A stretch of DNA of 64,000 nt from Actinomycetota bacterium (GTDB lineage Bacteria; Actinomycetota; Geothermincolia; Geothermincolales; RBG-13-55-18): contig JBFLWJ010000006.1 in assembly GCA_040757835.1 (NCBI GenBank), positions 66,512 through 130,511 of the forward strand, read 5' to 3'. The notes under the pieces are model-generated. The model had not been told where the DNA came from, did no database searches, and saw only the letters and a program-made list of their open reading frames with translations. Of this stretch, positions 53,907 through 63,068 are shown piece after piece. Positions within the stretch are counted from its first letter, which is position 1; every line of letters starts with the position of its first letter. A program made the translations under genes and the position numbers.

Positions 53907-56903
53907 TCAGGACATCATGAAGCGCATGATGCGCGGCATCATGTCGGGCATGATCCTGTCCATAACCTTGGGCAGGATATCCGGCATGAGTTCACGCATG
54001 GACCCGCTCATGGTGGGCATCTTCGCCTCCATCAACGGCATCATGCGCGGCAGCATCCAGGGCATCATCACCGGGAGCATCTTCGGCATCACCAGGGGCA
54101 GGAGCCGGTCGGTGACGGCGAACATCCCCGTCTTCAGCGGCGCCGGTATCTTCTTGCCCAGGCGCATGGTCCTGCCCAGGAGCGGCGATATCGAGTCCAT
54201 GAACTCCCACATGAAATCGGCCATGCCCTGCGGGGTCATCAGCTGGATCATGGTGTCGAAGACGGCCCAGGACGCCTCCACCTGGGGATCGGGGTTTTCC
54301 AGCTTCTCGCCCAGGGCTTCCGCGACCACCGCGGCGAAGTCCAGGACCTTGAGGCCGTTGCCCTCGGCCGCGTTCCAAACCCGCAGCTGGAACTCGCAGC
54401 AGGGGCAGGTGGTGACGATGGCGTCGGCCTCGACATCGTGCGCTTCCTGCAGGCGGGCGTGGGCGATGCGCCCGGAGGTGGGGCGGGTGTCGCCGATGAG
54501 GGTGAGCACGCTGCCGCAGCACAGTCCCTCGTCGCGGTTGTGTTCCATCTCCGCGAATTCCAGGCCGGGGATGGCCTCGAGCACCTCGCGGGGCTCCTCG
54601 TAGATCCCGCCGTGCCTCCCGATGTGGCAGGGGTCGTGCCAGGTGACCTTCATGGGCACTTCGTGCTTGAATTCGAGTTTGCCCTCGCGCACCAGTTCCG
54701 CCGCCAGCTCGGTGATATGCACGACCTCCATGTCCCACTCCAGGCCCAGCTTCTCTGCCCACTCCCTGTAATGGCCGCTCAGGGTGACCCAGCACCCGGG
54801 GCACGAGGTGTATATCTTCTTCACTCCCCTCTCCTTGAGGGCCTTCACGTTGCGGCGCACCGCCTCCTCGAAGACGTCCCACTTGCCGCTCATGAGGAAG
54901 GGGACGCCGCAGCAGGTCTCGTCGTTGCCGAGGTAGACGAAATCCACACCCCCCTCCTTGAGGATGCGCACGGCCCCGCGGGCGATGTCCTGCTCCACGT
55001 AAGAGGCGGTGCAGCCGGCCCAGTAGGCCACCGGGCCGCTCTCCTGGGGCTTGACGTCATCGGGGAGCCAAGCGCTGCGCTCCGCCGCGAAGCCCGCCCA
55101 GATGTTGTTCTCCATGTCGTAGGAAGCGCCCATCATCTCGAAGGGGGCGAAGGTCTTGAACTTGCCCGAGGCCACCAGTTCTCCTCGCATCTCCTCCCAT
55201 ACCGATTCGATGGGCAGGTCGGTCTGGCAGGTGAGGTCGCACTTCTTACACGTGGTGCAGAGGAGGAACTTATCCGACATCTCCTGGGTGAGGGGCACCT
55301 CGCCCTTGGCGTAACCCCTCAGGTACTGCATCTTGCCGCGCGGAGAGGCGCTCTCCCACCCTTTTCCGCAGTAGAGGGTGCACCCCTCCTTGCAGTAACC
55401 GCACTGGGCGCAGGTGAACGCGGCCTCCTCCACCTTCCCGGGAAGCTTGCGGCGCGTGATGCGCACGTGGGGAGCCAGCTTGCGGGTGGGCACGGCCAGG
55501 GGCAGAGAGAGCTTTGCCGCGGCCATCATGCCGCGCAGGGCCTGAAGGCGCGGGGCATGTGCGCAGGTGTCCACCATCTTGCCGGGGTTGAGGAGGCATG
55601 CGGGGTCCGCCTCCCGTTTCGCCTGCTGCAGCCGTTTCCTCGCGGCCATTCCCAGCCGCTTGTCCGCCCTGTCCACGAAGTACAGGCCGATGCCGTAGGG
55701 CGCCCCGCCGTATTTCTCGGCCAGGCGCAGGAACTCCAGCGACGCGGTGAAGCTGACGGTGAAATCGGCGCTGCGCGAGTCGCTGGGGATGAAGCCCAGG
55801 AAGACCGACTGCCCCCTGCTGCCCACGATGACCTCCAGGGCCAGCTCGGGGAGGCGTTTCGCGGTCTCCGCCAGCAGGGCCCCGACCTTGACGGTGGGCA
55901 CTTCCGCTTCGGCGGGGATCACCGACGGCCCGGCCTTCTTGATGCGCAGGGGATAGAGCCTCTCGTCCCATTCGTGCGCGGCGGCGGTCCCGTCCACCTC
56001 CCTGCCCATGGCGCTCGCGGCCAGGCGGACAAGCTCGCCGCCGGGCCCGTCCTCGCCGCCCTCCAGCACCGCCAGCACCAGGTAAGAGCCCTCGGGAAGG
56101 TAAGGGCTGTCCGACACCTTGTTCTTGAGGGCGGCCAGCTGGGGGGTGATCACCTGGAGGTGGAAGAGGGGGAGGTCTCCGCCCTTGAGGGAATTGATGA
56201 GGCGCTGCGCTCCCTCCGGGCCGTCGAAAGAGAAGAGGAAGGGTGCCTCCACCGCCGCCTCGCGCACCGCGAGCCTGACCTCGGAGATGAAACCCAGCGT
56301 CCCCTCGGAACCCACGAAGAGTTCCATGCCATCGCCGTCCACCGTCTTCTCCCCGTCCGGCCCCACGACCTTCAGTCCCAGCAGGCTGTCCGAGACCTCG
56401 CCGTAGGCGTAGGCCCCGATGCCCGAGCCGCCCTCGGCCACCCATCCTCCCACGGTGGAGGAGGGGGCGCTCGAGGGGTAGGAGCGCAGGGCGAGCCCGC
56501 GCGAGCGCAGCTCCTTCTCCAGCTCCCACCAGACCACCCCCGGCTCCACCGTCGCCGTCTTCGCCTCCGTGTCGATGGCGATGATGTGGTTCATGCGGGT
56601 GAGGTCGACGACGATGCCGCCTTTAACGGGGATGGCGCCTCCGTAGCCGCTGGTGGCGGCGGCGCGCGGGGTGAGGGGAAGCCCGCGCCGGCGCGCGAAG
56701 GACGCGATCCAGCCCAGCTCCTCCGCGCTCTCCACCTGTACCACCGCCTGGGCGAGACCGCCCACTATCTTGCCCACGATGCCGGGGAACTCTCCCATGT
56801 CACGGGAATAGATGTATCTCTCGACGGGGTCCGCGCTCATGCGCTCTCCGAAACGTTCTTCAAGTTCAGAGAGGGCTCCGGGGATCAGATCGGTCTTGGC
56901 CAT
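53907..56903 (-). CDS. FAD-binding (GlcD/Ldh-like) + ferredoxin + CCG-domain (GlpC/HdrD-like) oxidoreductase with Met/Pro-rich tail
   Basis: 'YPSSAPSSTVGGW', 'GSEGTLG', 'LLNPGK', CAQCGYCKEGC, CTTCKKCDLTC, CCG x2, WHDPCH. Confidence 0.88.
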   Translation of the reverse strand: MAKTDLIPGALSELEERFGERMSADPVERYIYSRDMGEFPGIVGKIVGGLAQAVVQVESAEELGWIASFARRRGLPLTPRAAATSGYGGAIPVKGGIVVDLTRMNHIIAIDTEAKTATVEPGVVWWELEKELRSRGLALRSYPSSAPSSTVGGWVAEGGSGIGAYAYGEVSDSLLGLKVVGPDGEKTVDGDGMELFVGSEGTLGFISEVRLAVREAAVEAPFLFSFDGPEGAQRLINSLKGGDLPLFHLQVITPQLAALKNKVSDSPYLPEGSYLVLAVLEGGEDGPGGELVRLAASAMGREVDGTAAAHEWDERLYPLRIKKAGPSVIPAEAEVPTVKVGALLAETAKRLPELALEVIVGSRGQSVFLGFIPSDSRSADFTVSFTASLEFLRLAEKYGGAPYGIGLYFVDRADKRLGMAARKRLQQAKREADPACLLNPGKMVDTCAHAPRLQALRGMMAAAKLSLPLAVPTRKLAPHVRITRRKLPGKVEEAAFTCAQCGYCKEGCTLYCGKGWESASPRGKMQYLRGYAKGEVPLTQEMSDKFLLCTTCKKCDLTCQTDLPIESVWEEMRGELVASGKFKTFAPFEMMGASYDMENNIWAGFAAERSAWLPDDVKPQESGPVAYWAGCTASYVEQDIARGAVRILKEGGVDFVYLGNDETCCGVPFLMSGKWDVFEEAVRRNVKALKERGVKKIYTSCPGCWVTLSGHYREWAEKLGLEWDMEVVHITELAAELVREGKLEFKHEVPMKVTWHDPCHIGRHGGIYEEPREVLEAIPGLEFAEMEHNRDEGLCCGSVLTLIGDTRPTSGRIAHARLQEAHDVEADAIVTTCPCCEFQLRVWNAAEGNGLKVLDFAAVVAEALGEKLENPDPQVEASWAVFDTMIQLMTPQGMADFMWEFMDSISPLLGRTMRLGKKIPAPLKTGMFAVTDRLLPLVMPKMLPVMMPWMLPRMMPLMEAKMPTMSGSMRELMPDILPKVMDRIMPDMMPRIMRFMMS

Positions 56904-56949
56904 GACCTACCTCCAGGAAAGAGAAATCCAGTAATCCATGGAGGGATGA

Positions 56950-56967
56950 TATACCCTTGGGGGTATA
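56950..56967. promoter_or_regulatory. CsoR/CstR-type operator
   Basis: TATACCC-TTGG-GGGTATA, a C/G-tract palindrome upstream of the oxidoreductase. Confidence 0.65.
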
Positions 56968-57034
56968 GGCGATACGATCTAGATCATACGGCTCAGACCG
57001 CCGGGAACGGGCCGGGAGATCGCCGGATACCGCC

Positions 57035-57328
57035 CTATTCGGGGGTTACCGGGCCTATGCGAGAGCTGAAACGCAGGAAGGTGTCGATGGCCTCGGCGAT
57101 GGCTTCGTCGGGCGACAGCTCGCGGTTCTCCTGCAGGCATTCCCTCATGCGGTGGGTGATGATGTGGATGCCGATGCGGTCCATGGCCGAGCGCGCCGCG
57201 GCCACCTGGGTAAGCACTTCCTCGCAGTCCTTCTCCTCCTCCACCATGCGGATGATGCCGCGCACCTGGCCCTCGACTCGCCTCAGCCTGCGCAGAACGG
57301 CTTCTCTCTCGTCGCTGTTTCCGGCCAT
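57035..57328 (-). CDS. CsoR/RcnR/CstR family repressor
   Basis: 'RLRRVEGQVRGI..MVEEEKDCEEVLTQVAAARSA', 'HRMREC'. Confidence 0.9.
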   Translation of the reverse strand: MAGNSDEREAVLRRLRRVEGQVRGIIRMVEEEKDCEEVLTQVAAARSAMDRIGIHIITHRMRECLQENRELSPDEAIAEAIDTFLRFSSRIGPVTPE

Positions 57329-57634
57329 AATACCTCCTCGTCTCGGACCATTGCCATTATATATCCGCCATGCGGGCACCACCATCAGCTGCGTCATGTC
57401 TCCGCGCGTTACGGAGGCCGGACGAGGACCCCATGTACCGCGCAGGATTCGAAGGCCGCTTCCCCGAAAAAAGGCTTAGGGTGAGCCGCAGGCTGCGGGT
57501 GCATATGGGCCCGCGAACCTGGTCCCCGCGTGCGGGAACCGGTGCGCGACGCGGGGGCTCGAATAAGGTTGATGGCTTGAACGTCCCCGTCCAGCGAGGG
57601 TCATTCAGGACTCAACCCGGGAAGGAGGTGCAAG

Positions 57635-57889
57635 ATGGAGAAGCAGGTGGGACGGATCACTCATTACTTCGCCAAGATCGGCGTAGCGGCCATCGAGCTC
57701 GAGGACGAGCTGCGGGTGGGAGACACCATCCACATCAAAGGCCACACCTCGGATTGGACCCAGGGGATCACCTCCATGCAGATCGAACACGACCAGGTGG
57801 AGAAGGCGGGACCGGGGGACGTCATCGGCATCAAGGTGGAAGGCCATGCCCGGGAACACGACATCGTGTACAAGGTCACCGGCGACTGA
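57635..57889 (+). CDS. Small beta-barrel protein (EF-Tu domain II / U32 peptidase C-terminal-like)
   Basis: 'VGRITHYFAKIGVAAI', 'VGDTIHIKG', 'SMQIEH', 'HDIVYKV'. Confidence 0.8.
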   Translation: MEKQVGRITHYFAKIGVAAIELEDELRVGDTIHIKGHTSDWTQGITSMQIEHDQVEKAGPGDVIGIKVEGHAREHDIVYKVTGD

Positions 57890-57988
57890 CCACCACACGC
57901 GGGGCCATATGTCCGTGAAGGCCTCCTCCCATGGGTTATAATGGCTGCGAAAGGACCTTTGGGTACGAAACCTCGATCGGGAGGAAGG

Positions 57989-58561
57989 ATGGCGGAGGCG
58001 GCCGTAAGCGGCTCCGAGCGCTTTGAGTTCGAGATAAGAGGGGGGTTGTGGGAGAGCGTCCACGTGGTGGTCTTCTACGCGTCGGTGGTCTCGGCGGTGC
58101 TGGCCACCGCCGGCGTGCTGCGCCTGGAGTTGGGGATCAGCTGCATCGTCATCCTCTTCTACAGCATGTTCACCATCTTCTCCTCGCCCACCTATGCGAT
58201 CTGTGACGCCGGGACGCGCCAGCTCATCCTGGAGCGATACCATTACTTCATACCCAGCCGCAAGGCCATGGAGCGCGAGGAGCTGGAGGGCCTGGAGGTC
58301 GTCGAATCCCAGCGCGTCCCCGACGAGGGCGGGGAGCGTGCCACCAGGCATGACCTGGCGTATTTCGTCCGTGTATACCTGTTGCGCAAGGGCGGCCGCA
58401 GGCTGAAGCTGTACGGTTCCGGCATGACCGGCGCCCCCGCCGACAACCGCGCCAAGGCCTTCCTCATCGCGCAGCACCTGGCCGGCGAACTGGATATCCC
58501 CGTCAAGTACGCGCGGCGCGGCCGCGGTGAAGACCACGCCGCGGGGCGACCTGGAGAATGA
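57989..58561 (+). CDS. Uncharacterised two-TM membrane protein
   Basis: RBS GGAGGAAGG; two hydrophobic helices followed by a soluble domain. Confidence 0.6.
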   Translation: MAEAAVSGSERFEFEIRGGLWESVHVVVFYASVVSAVLATAGVLRLELGISCIVILFYSMFTIFSSPTYAICDAGTRQLILERYHYFIPSRKAMEREELEGLEVVESQRVPDEGGERATRHDLAYFVRVYLLRKGGRRLKLYGSGMTGAPADNRAKAFLIAQHLAGELDIPVKYARRGRGEDHAAGRPGE

Positions 58562-58567
58562 TCGAAG

Positions 58568-59665
58568 GTGAAGGAGAACCGCCCCAAGACGGCAGTTTCC
58601 ATCGCGCTCTGCGCGGCGCTGTTGCTGACCGCCGCGGTCGTCTCCTCTTGTGGCGGCGAAGAGGCCGTGCGGGGTTGGGACAGCGACCCCATCGTGCCGG
58701 GATATTCCATGGCGGAGGTGTCCATCGGCGATCCCTTCTCGGCGGTGCAGGAGGTCCACGGCGACCCCGCCGAGAAGCTGAAGGACGGCGGCTACCTCTA
58801 TGCCTACTACGAGAGGACCAGGGAGGACGGCAAGATCGACGACCCCGCCTCGTGGCGCCTGGTGGTCACCCTTTACGACAACGGCAACGGCTACCTCGAC
58901 GGCGCGGACGAGGTGGGTTCCATCGAGGTCTCGGCGCCCTACTCCGGGCTCACCTCGGGGGGGGTCGGCATCGGGAGTTCCCCGGGGGACATCGAGAGGG
59001 AGTTCGGTCCTTGTGAGAACATAAGCGAGATACAGCGACCCGACGGCAACAGGATGAAGCTCTATTCCTACGTGGAGAGGGGAGTCGATTTCCTGGTGCT
59101 GCCGCCGCAGGGAGCCATCACCGTGGTGGTCTACGCTTACGGCGGACTACGCCCCGTAGAGGAAGAAGGCGACGACGATGACGCCCAGGGGGGACTCTTC
59201 GGCATTTACGGCAATGCCCCCATAGTCGCCGGCCAGACGGCGGCGGGGATCATCATGGGGGATGAGTTCCGGGCGGTGAAAGAGAAATACGGTGCTCCGG
59301 ATAGCACGGGTTTTACCACCGAGGGACTGGTCTACGCCACCTATACCGGGGGTTACGGCCCATGGAAACTCAACTTGTATCTTGAGGACACGGACGGCAA
59401 CAATACACTTGGGGACTTCGACGTCGTGGTGTCCATAAGCGTTCGCTACCCGTATATGGGCCTGACGCCCAAGGGCGTGGGCATATCCTCGTCGACGGCC
59501 GGGGCCGTCGCCGAATTCGGCCCGCCGGAAAAGCAGAGCGAAGTGGAGCAACAGGGCGAAAGACTGACTATCCTGGAATATAATTCCAAAGGTATCGTCT
59601 TTGCCGCCAGGGCCGGCACGGGCGAGATCGTGGAGATAGATGTCAACCGCCCTCTCGCCCCGTGA
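58568..59665 (+). CDS. Lipoprotein with an internally duplicated domain
   Basis: Lipobox VSSC; paired motifs 'IGDPFSAVQEVHGDP'/'MGDEFRAVKEKYGAP' and 'GVGIGSS'/'GVGISSS'. Confidence 0.72.
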   Translation: MKENRPKTAVSIALCAALLLTAAVVSSCGGEEAVRGWDSDPIVPGYSMAEVSIGDPFSAVQEVHGDPAEKLKDGGYLYAYYERTREDGKIDDPASWRLVVTLYDNGNGYLDGADEVGSIEVSAPYSGLTSGGVGIGSSPGDIEREFGPCENISEIQRPDGNRMKLYSYVERGVDFLVLPPQGAITVVVYAYGGLRPVEEEGDDDDAQGGLFGIYGNAPIVAGQTAAGIIMGDEFRAVKEKYGAPDSTGFTTEGLVYATYTGGYGPWKLNLYLEDTDGNNTLGDFDVVVSISVRYPYMGLTPKGVGISSSTAGAVAEFGPPEKQSEVEQQGERLTILEYNSKGIVFAARAGTGEIVEIDVNRPLAP

Positions 59666-59723
59666 CAAGGGGCAGGGGAGGCTGATATAAAACGTCCCGG
59701 GAGGGGGCCGTAAGAGAAAGCGG

Positions 59724-60485
59724 GTGAGCGTTATGTTGAAAAGAGTCAAGCGTCTGGCCCTGCTCTCGGCCGTTGGGTACGGCCTGGCGGTGAAGTCACT
59801 CAACCCCAGCCTGCGCGACCTGACCGATCCCGCGTGGCACCTCGAAGTCCCAATGCGCGTGACCATGCGCGGCCTTACCAGGTTGCTGCCGGCCCTCTAC
59901 GACCGCTTCGGGGAGAAAGGGGTGCGGGCGCTGCAGTACGTCTTCTACCGCATCGGGGAGGACCGCGCGCCCATCCTCCGCGAATACCTGCAGATCGACC
60001 CCTATGACGCGCGCAGCCTGGGCCGCGTCCTCGACTACGAGGACGGGCTGGCGGGGGTACGCGGCACCTGGACGGAAGAGACCAAGGGCAGGGCGGTGAA
60101 GGAGGAGCGGTACTGCCCGGCGGCACGGGATCTGGAATGCTGCCCCGAGGTATGCACCAAGCTGATGATGGCCCTGGAGGCGGGGACCTTCTCGGTGCTC
60201 AACCCCGACCTCATGGTCCCGGAGCTCTCCAAGCTGCTCTCCACCGGAGACGACTGCTGCCTCGCCACCATCGAGCTCCCCCTTGCGAAGAAGGAGGCCG
60301 GCAAGGATTCGCCCCAGGCGACACCGGGCGCCTTCCCCCCCGTGCTCAAGGTGCCAGGCCTCGAGGCCAAACTGGCGTCGCAGGGGATCAAGAGCGTCCT
60401 GGCCGCGCTCTGGACCATCCTAACCAAGGGGCCCGAGCAGCCCATGCACTGGTACGAACATATCCGTTACGGCCCCGGGGCGTGA
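59724..60485 (+). CDS. ATC-hydrolase/V4R-like domain protein
   Basis: 'ERYCP', 'EVC', 'KLLSTGDDCC' pattern typical of this fold. Confidence 0.55.
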   Translation: MSVMLKRVKRLALLSAVGYGLAVKSLNPSLRDLTDPAWHLEVPMRVTMRGLTRLLPALYDRFGEKGVRALQYVFYRIGEDRAPILREYLQIDPYDARSLGRVLDYEDGLAGVRGTWTEETKGRAVKEERYCPAARDLECCPEVCTKLMMALEAGTFSVLNPDLMVPELSKLLSTGDDCCLATIELPLAKKEAGKDSPQATPGAFPPVLKVPGLEAKLASQGIKSVLAALWTILTKGPEQPMHWYEHIRYGPGA

Positions 60486-60488
60486 TAG

Positions 60489-61595
60489 TTGTACTACGAC
60501 GTCCTGGTGGTGGGAGCTGGTCCCGGCGGCTGTATGGCGGCACGTTCCCTCGCGAGTTCCGGGTTCAAGGTCGGTCTGATCGAAAAAGAGAAGTTGCCGC
60601 GGGACAAGCCCTGCGGGGGCTTCATACCCCCGGGGGCGGCGAAGCTGCTGGAGGAGGCTTTCGGGGCCTTGCCCCCGGACGTCATGGATGTGCAACCGAC
60701 GGTCCGCGGCGCCCGCCTCCTCTGCGAGGGCGGGGGCTCCTACGCGCTGCCCTATCCCGCGCCCGGCCTTTCCGTGATGCGCTCCCGCCTCGACGCCCAT
60801 ATGGCCGCGCGATGCGGCGCGCAGGTCATGGACGGATGCGAGCTGGTCGACTTCGACCTGGAGCGTTTCCACGTAACGGCGAGCATCTCCTGCGGCGAGC
60901 GGGAAGAGGTGGTGGAGGCGACCTACCTGGTGGCAGCTGACGGGGCGGACTCCATGGTCCTGCGCCGGCTTCGGCCGGAGTTCCACCGCCTCTACGCCGC
61001 GCCCCGCCTGGAGAGGGCCATGCTGGTCATGGGCGAGGGCTCCATGGACTGGGACCCGGAATGGATGGGTCTCGCCCTCCTGCGCAACGGTATAGGCATC
61101 GACCGCTTCTTCGCCAAAGGCGGCCTCATCGGGATGGCGGTCAACCTGGGCACCGACCGCGGCTGGCGCGAGGAGCTGGACGCCCTCACCTCCGTATTGA
61201 GGCAGAGGGCGGGGCTGCAGCTGCAGGGAGAGCCCATGCGCCGCATCTCCGCCTCCAACCGCATGGCGGCGGGTGGCCATTACAGCCTGGGGGCGGGCTG
61301 CGCCCTGCTGGTGGGCGAAGCGGCGGGGCTCCTCGACCCCTGGGGTTTCGGGATCGGGCTGGCGCTGGAGAGCGGGCAAGTGGCCGCGGAGTCCATCGCC
61401 GAGAGCGCCGGGGAGAGGATCACGCCGCATATCCGTTATCGCTACCGTATGCAGGAGATAGTTGAGCGCGAGCAGAGGCAGCGGCGGCATCTCGACGCCG
61501 GCGTGGGTGAGCTGGATACCTCTTCCCTGGCCTCGGACCGCGGCCGTGCCGCACGCGGCGACCGGCGCGCCCTGCGCCGCCGCTTCTCCAAGTAA
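60489..61595 (+). CDS. Geranylgeranyl-reductase-like FAD oxidoreductase
   Basis: 'DVLVVGAGPGG', 'RDKPCGG', 'VAADGADS', 'VGEAAG..DP..GFGI'. Confidence 0.85.
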   Translation: MYYDVLVVGAGPGGCMAARSLASSGFKVGLIEKEKLPRDKPCGGFIPPGAAKLLEEAFGALPPDVMDVQPTVRGARLLCEGGGSYALPYPAPGLSVMRSRLDAHMAARCGAQVMDGCELVDFDLERFHVTASISCGEREEVVEATYLVAADGADSMVLRRLRPEFHRLYAAPRLERAMLVMGEGSMDWDPEWMGLALLRNGIGIDRFFAKGGLIGMAVNLGTDRGWREELDALTSVLRQRAGLQLQGEPMRRISASNRMAAGGHYSLGAGCALLVGEAAGLLDPWGFGIGLALESGQVAAESIAESAGERITPHIRYRYRMQEIVEREQRQRRHLDAGVGELDTSSLASDRGRAARGDRRALRRRFSK

Positions 61596-61611
61596 CGGGG
61601 TCAGCCCGGAG

Positions 61612-61702
61612 GGGGTCAGCCCCTGACATGTGACATCGTGCTGCGCAACGGCAACCAGGGCTTCGGGTGTGCCCGGCATGTCACATGTCAGGGGGTGACC
61701 CC
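61612..61702. repeat. ~91-bp REP/REPIN-like element (41-bp spacer), preceded by a partial arm at 61597-61610
   Basis: ggggtcagcccctgacatgtgacat ... atgtcacatgtcagggggtgacccc. Confidence 0.9.
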
Positions 61703-62743
61703 GATCATGCGGTGGTGGTGCATCTCCATGGCCCGCTGATAGAGCTCCGCGTAACCGGCGGCCATCACCGCGGGGCTGAAGCGCTCCTCCGCGGCCCGGC
61801 GGCAGTCCAGGGGGTCGATCTCGTCGATGCGCCCGATGTACGACAACAGCTCCCGGGGGGAGTCGGCGAGCCAGCCGGTGACGCCGTGCTGGACGATCTC
61901 GGGCACGGCACCCCAGCGCGTGGCTATCACCGGTGTCCCGCAGGCCAGGGATTCCGCCATTACCAGCCCAAAGGGCTCCTCCCACCGGATGGGAAAGAGG
62001 AACGCGCGTGCCCGCGACAGCAGGCGGACCTTCTCCTCCTGGGTCACCTCCCCGGCATAGACCACCGTCTCTCCGTCAACGTGTGGCCGCACGTGCCGCT
62101 CGAAGTACTCGCGGTCGCGCCCCTCGTCTATCTTGCCCGCGAGGATGATGCGCCAGCCGGCCTTGCGGGCCAGGGCCACCGCCTGGTCCGTGCCCTTGTC
62201 CTCGCAGATGCGGCTCAGGCAGATGAGATAATCGTCCTTTTCGCCCAGCCAGCGGTGGGTCTCGATGTCGACGGCGTTGTGGACGACGCCGAGATAGTTG
62301 AGGTCAGGGCCACACTCCATCTGCCGCTCGCTGATGGCCACGTAGTAGCAATCGTCCCTGAAGGCCTGGTAGAACCGGCTGGTCTCGCGGGTGAAGGGCC
62401 CGTGCAGGGTGTGCACCACGGGTTGGGGGAGCAGGCTGGCGAAGGCCGTCCCGAGGAAGCCCGAATGGTCGTGGACAATGTCGTGATCCCCCCTGGCGAT
62501 CTCCCGGTAAGCCTGTCCAACGTGATACGCATCGAACAGCGTCTTTCCCATGTGGCGCGTGGGTGCTTCCTCCAGGTAGGTCACCTGCCTGGCCGCGGTG
62601 CCGCCCGGGCCGGCGGCGAAGAGGGTCACCCGGTGCCCTTGCTCCACCAGTCCGTCGACCAGCAGCGCCAGGACCCTCTCTATCCCGCCGTATCCGTCGG
62701 GTGGGACGGGTATCCACACTGGTGCCAGCATGGCGATGTGCAC
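61688..62743 (-). CDS. GT4 family glycosyltransferase
   Basis: 'PVWIPVPPDGYGGIE', 'HTLHG', 'EDKG', 'EEPFGLVMAESLACGTPV'; stop codon inside the repeat arm. Confidence 0.92.
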   Translation of the reverse strand: MHIAMLAPVWIPVPPDGYGGIERVLALLVDGLVEQGHRVTLFAAGPGGTAARQVTYLEEAPTRHMGKTLFDAYHVGQAYREIARGDHDIVHDHSGFLGTAFASLLPQPVVHTLHGPFTRETSRFYQAFRDDCYYVAISERQMECGPDLNYLGVVHNAVDIETHRWLGEKDDYLICLSRICEDKGTDQAVALARKAGWRIILAGKIDEGRDREYFERHVRPHVDGETVVYAGEVTQEEKVRLLSRARAFLFPIRWEEPFGLVMAESLACGTPVIATRWGAVPEIVQHGVTGWLADSPRELLSYIGRIDEIDPLDCRRAAEERFSPAVMAAGYAELYQRAMEMHHHRMIGVTP

Positions 62744-63068
62744 GAGGTCTCCTCCTCAACCATGTTTATCATACCGCTCCGGGGCGAACCCCATCGAGAC
62801 CAGGGAAAGGTCGATATAACCGGCATACCCATGACGTACACTATCCCTATTTCCCGATCCCTGCGTTTTCAAACTACTGCGGCCGCCGCGTTATTACCCG
62901 CACGCCCGCCCCGCCAAGTGGGGGCACGATGGTCACGCGGACCGCATGCGGGGCATAATAAAAGGAGTACATGTGGCAGGTCAAACGCTCCAGAGGTCCG
63001 GCCCATGGGCCGGAACAGCCGCAGGGCAGTATTACATCACAGCATCAGGGAGGAACGGAACCGGGGAC

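Noticed and set aside
53847-57479. 1210-aa plus-strand ORF
   Set aside because: Shadow of the FAD/CCG oxidoreductase and csoR on the minus strand.
14037-61702. Repeat-spacer-repeat elements as CRISPR
   Set aside because: Arms are inverted, copies are dispersed rather than arrayed, and no cas genes are present.
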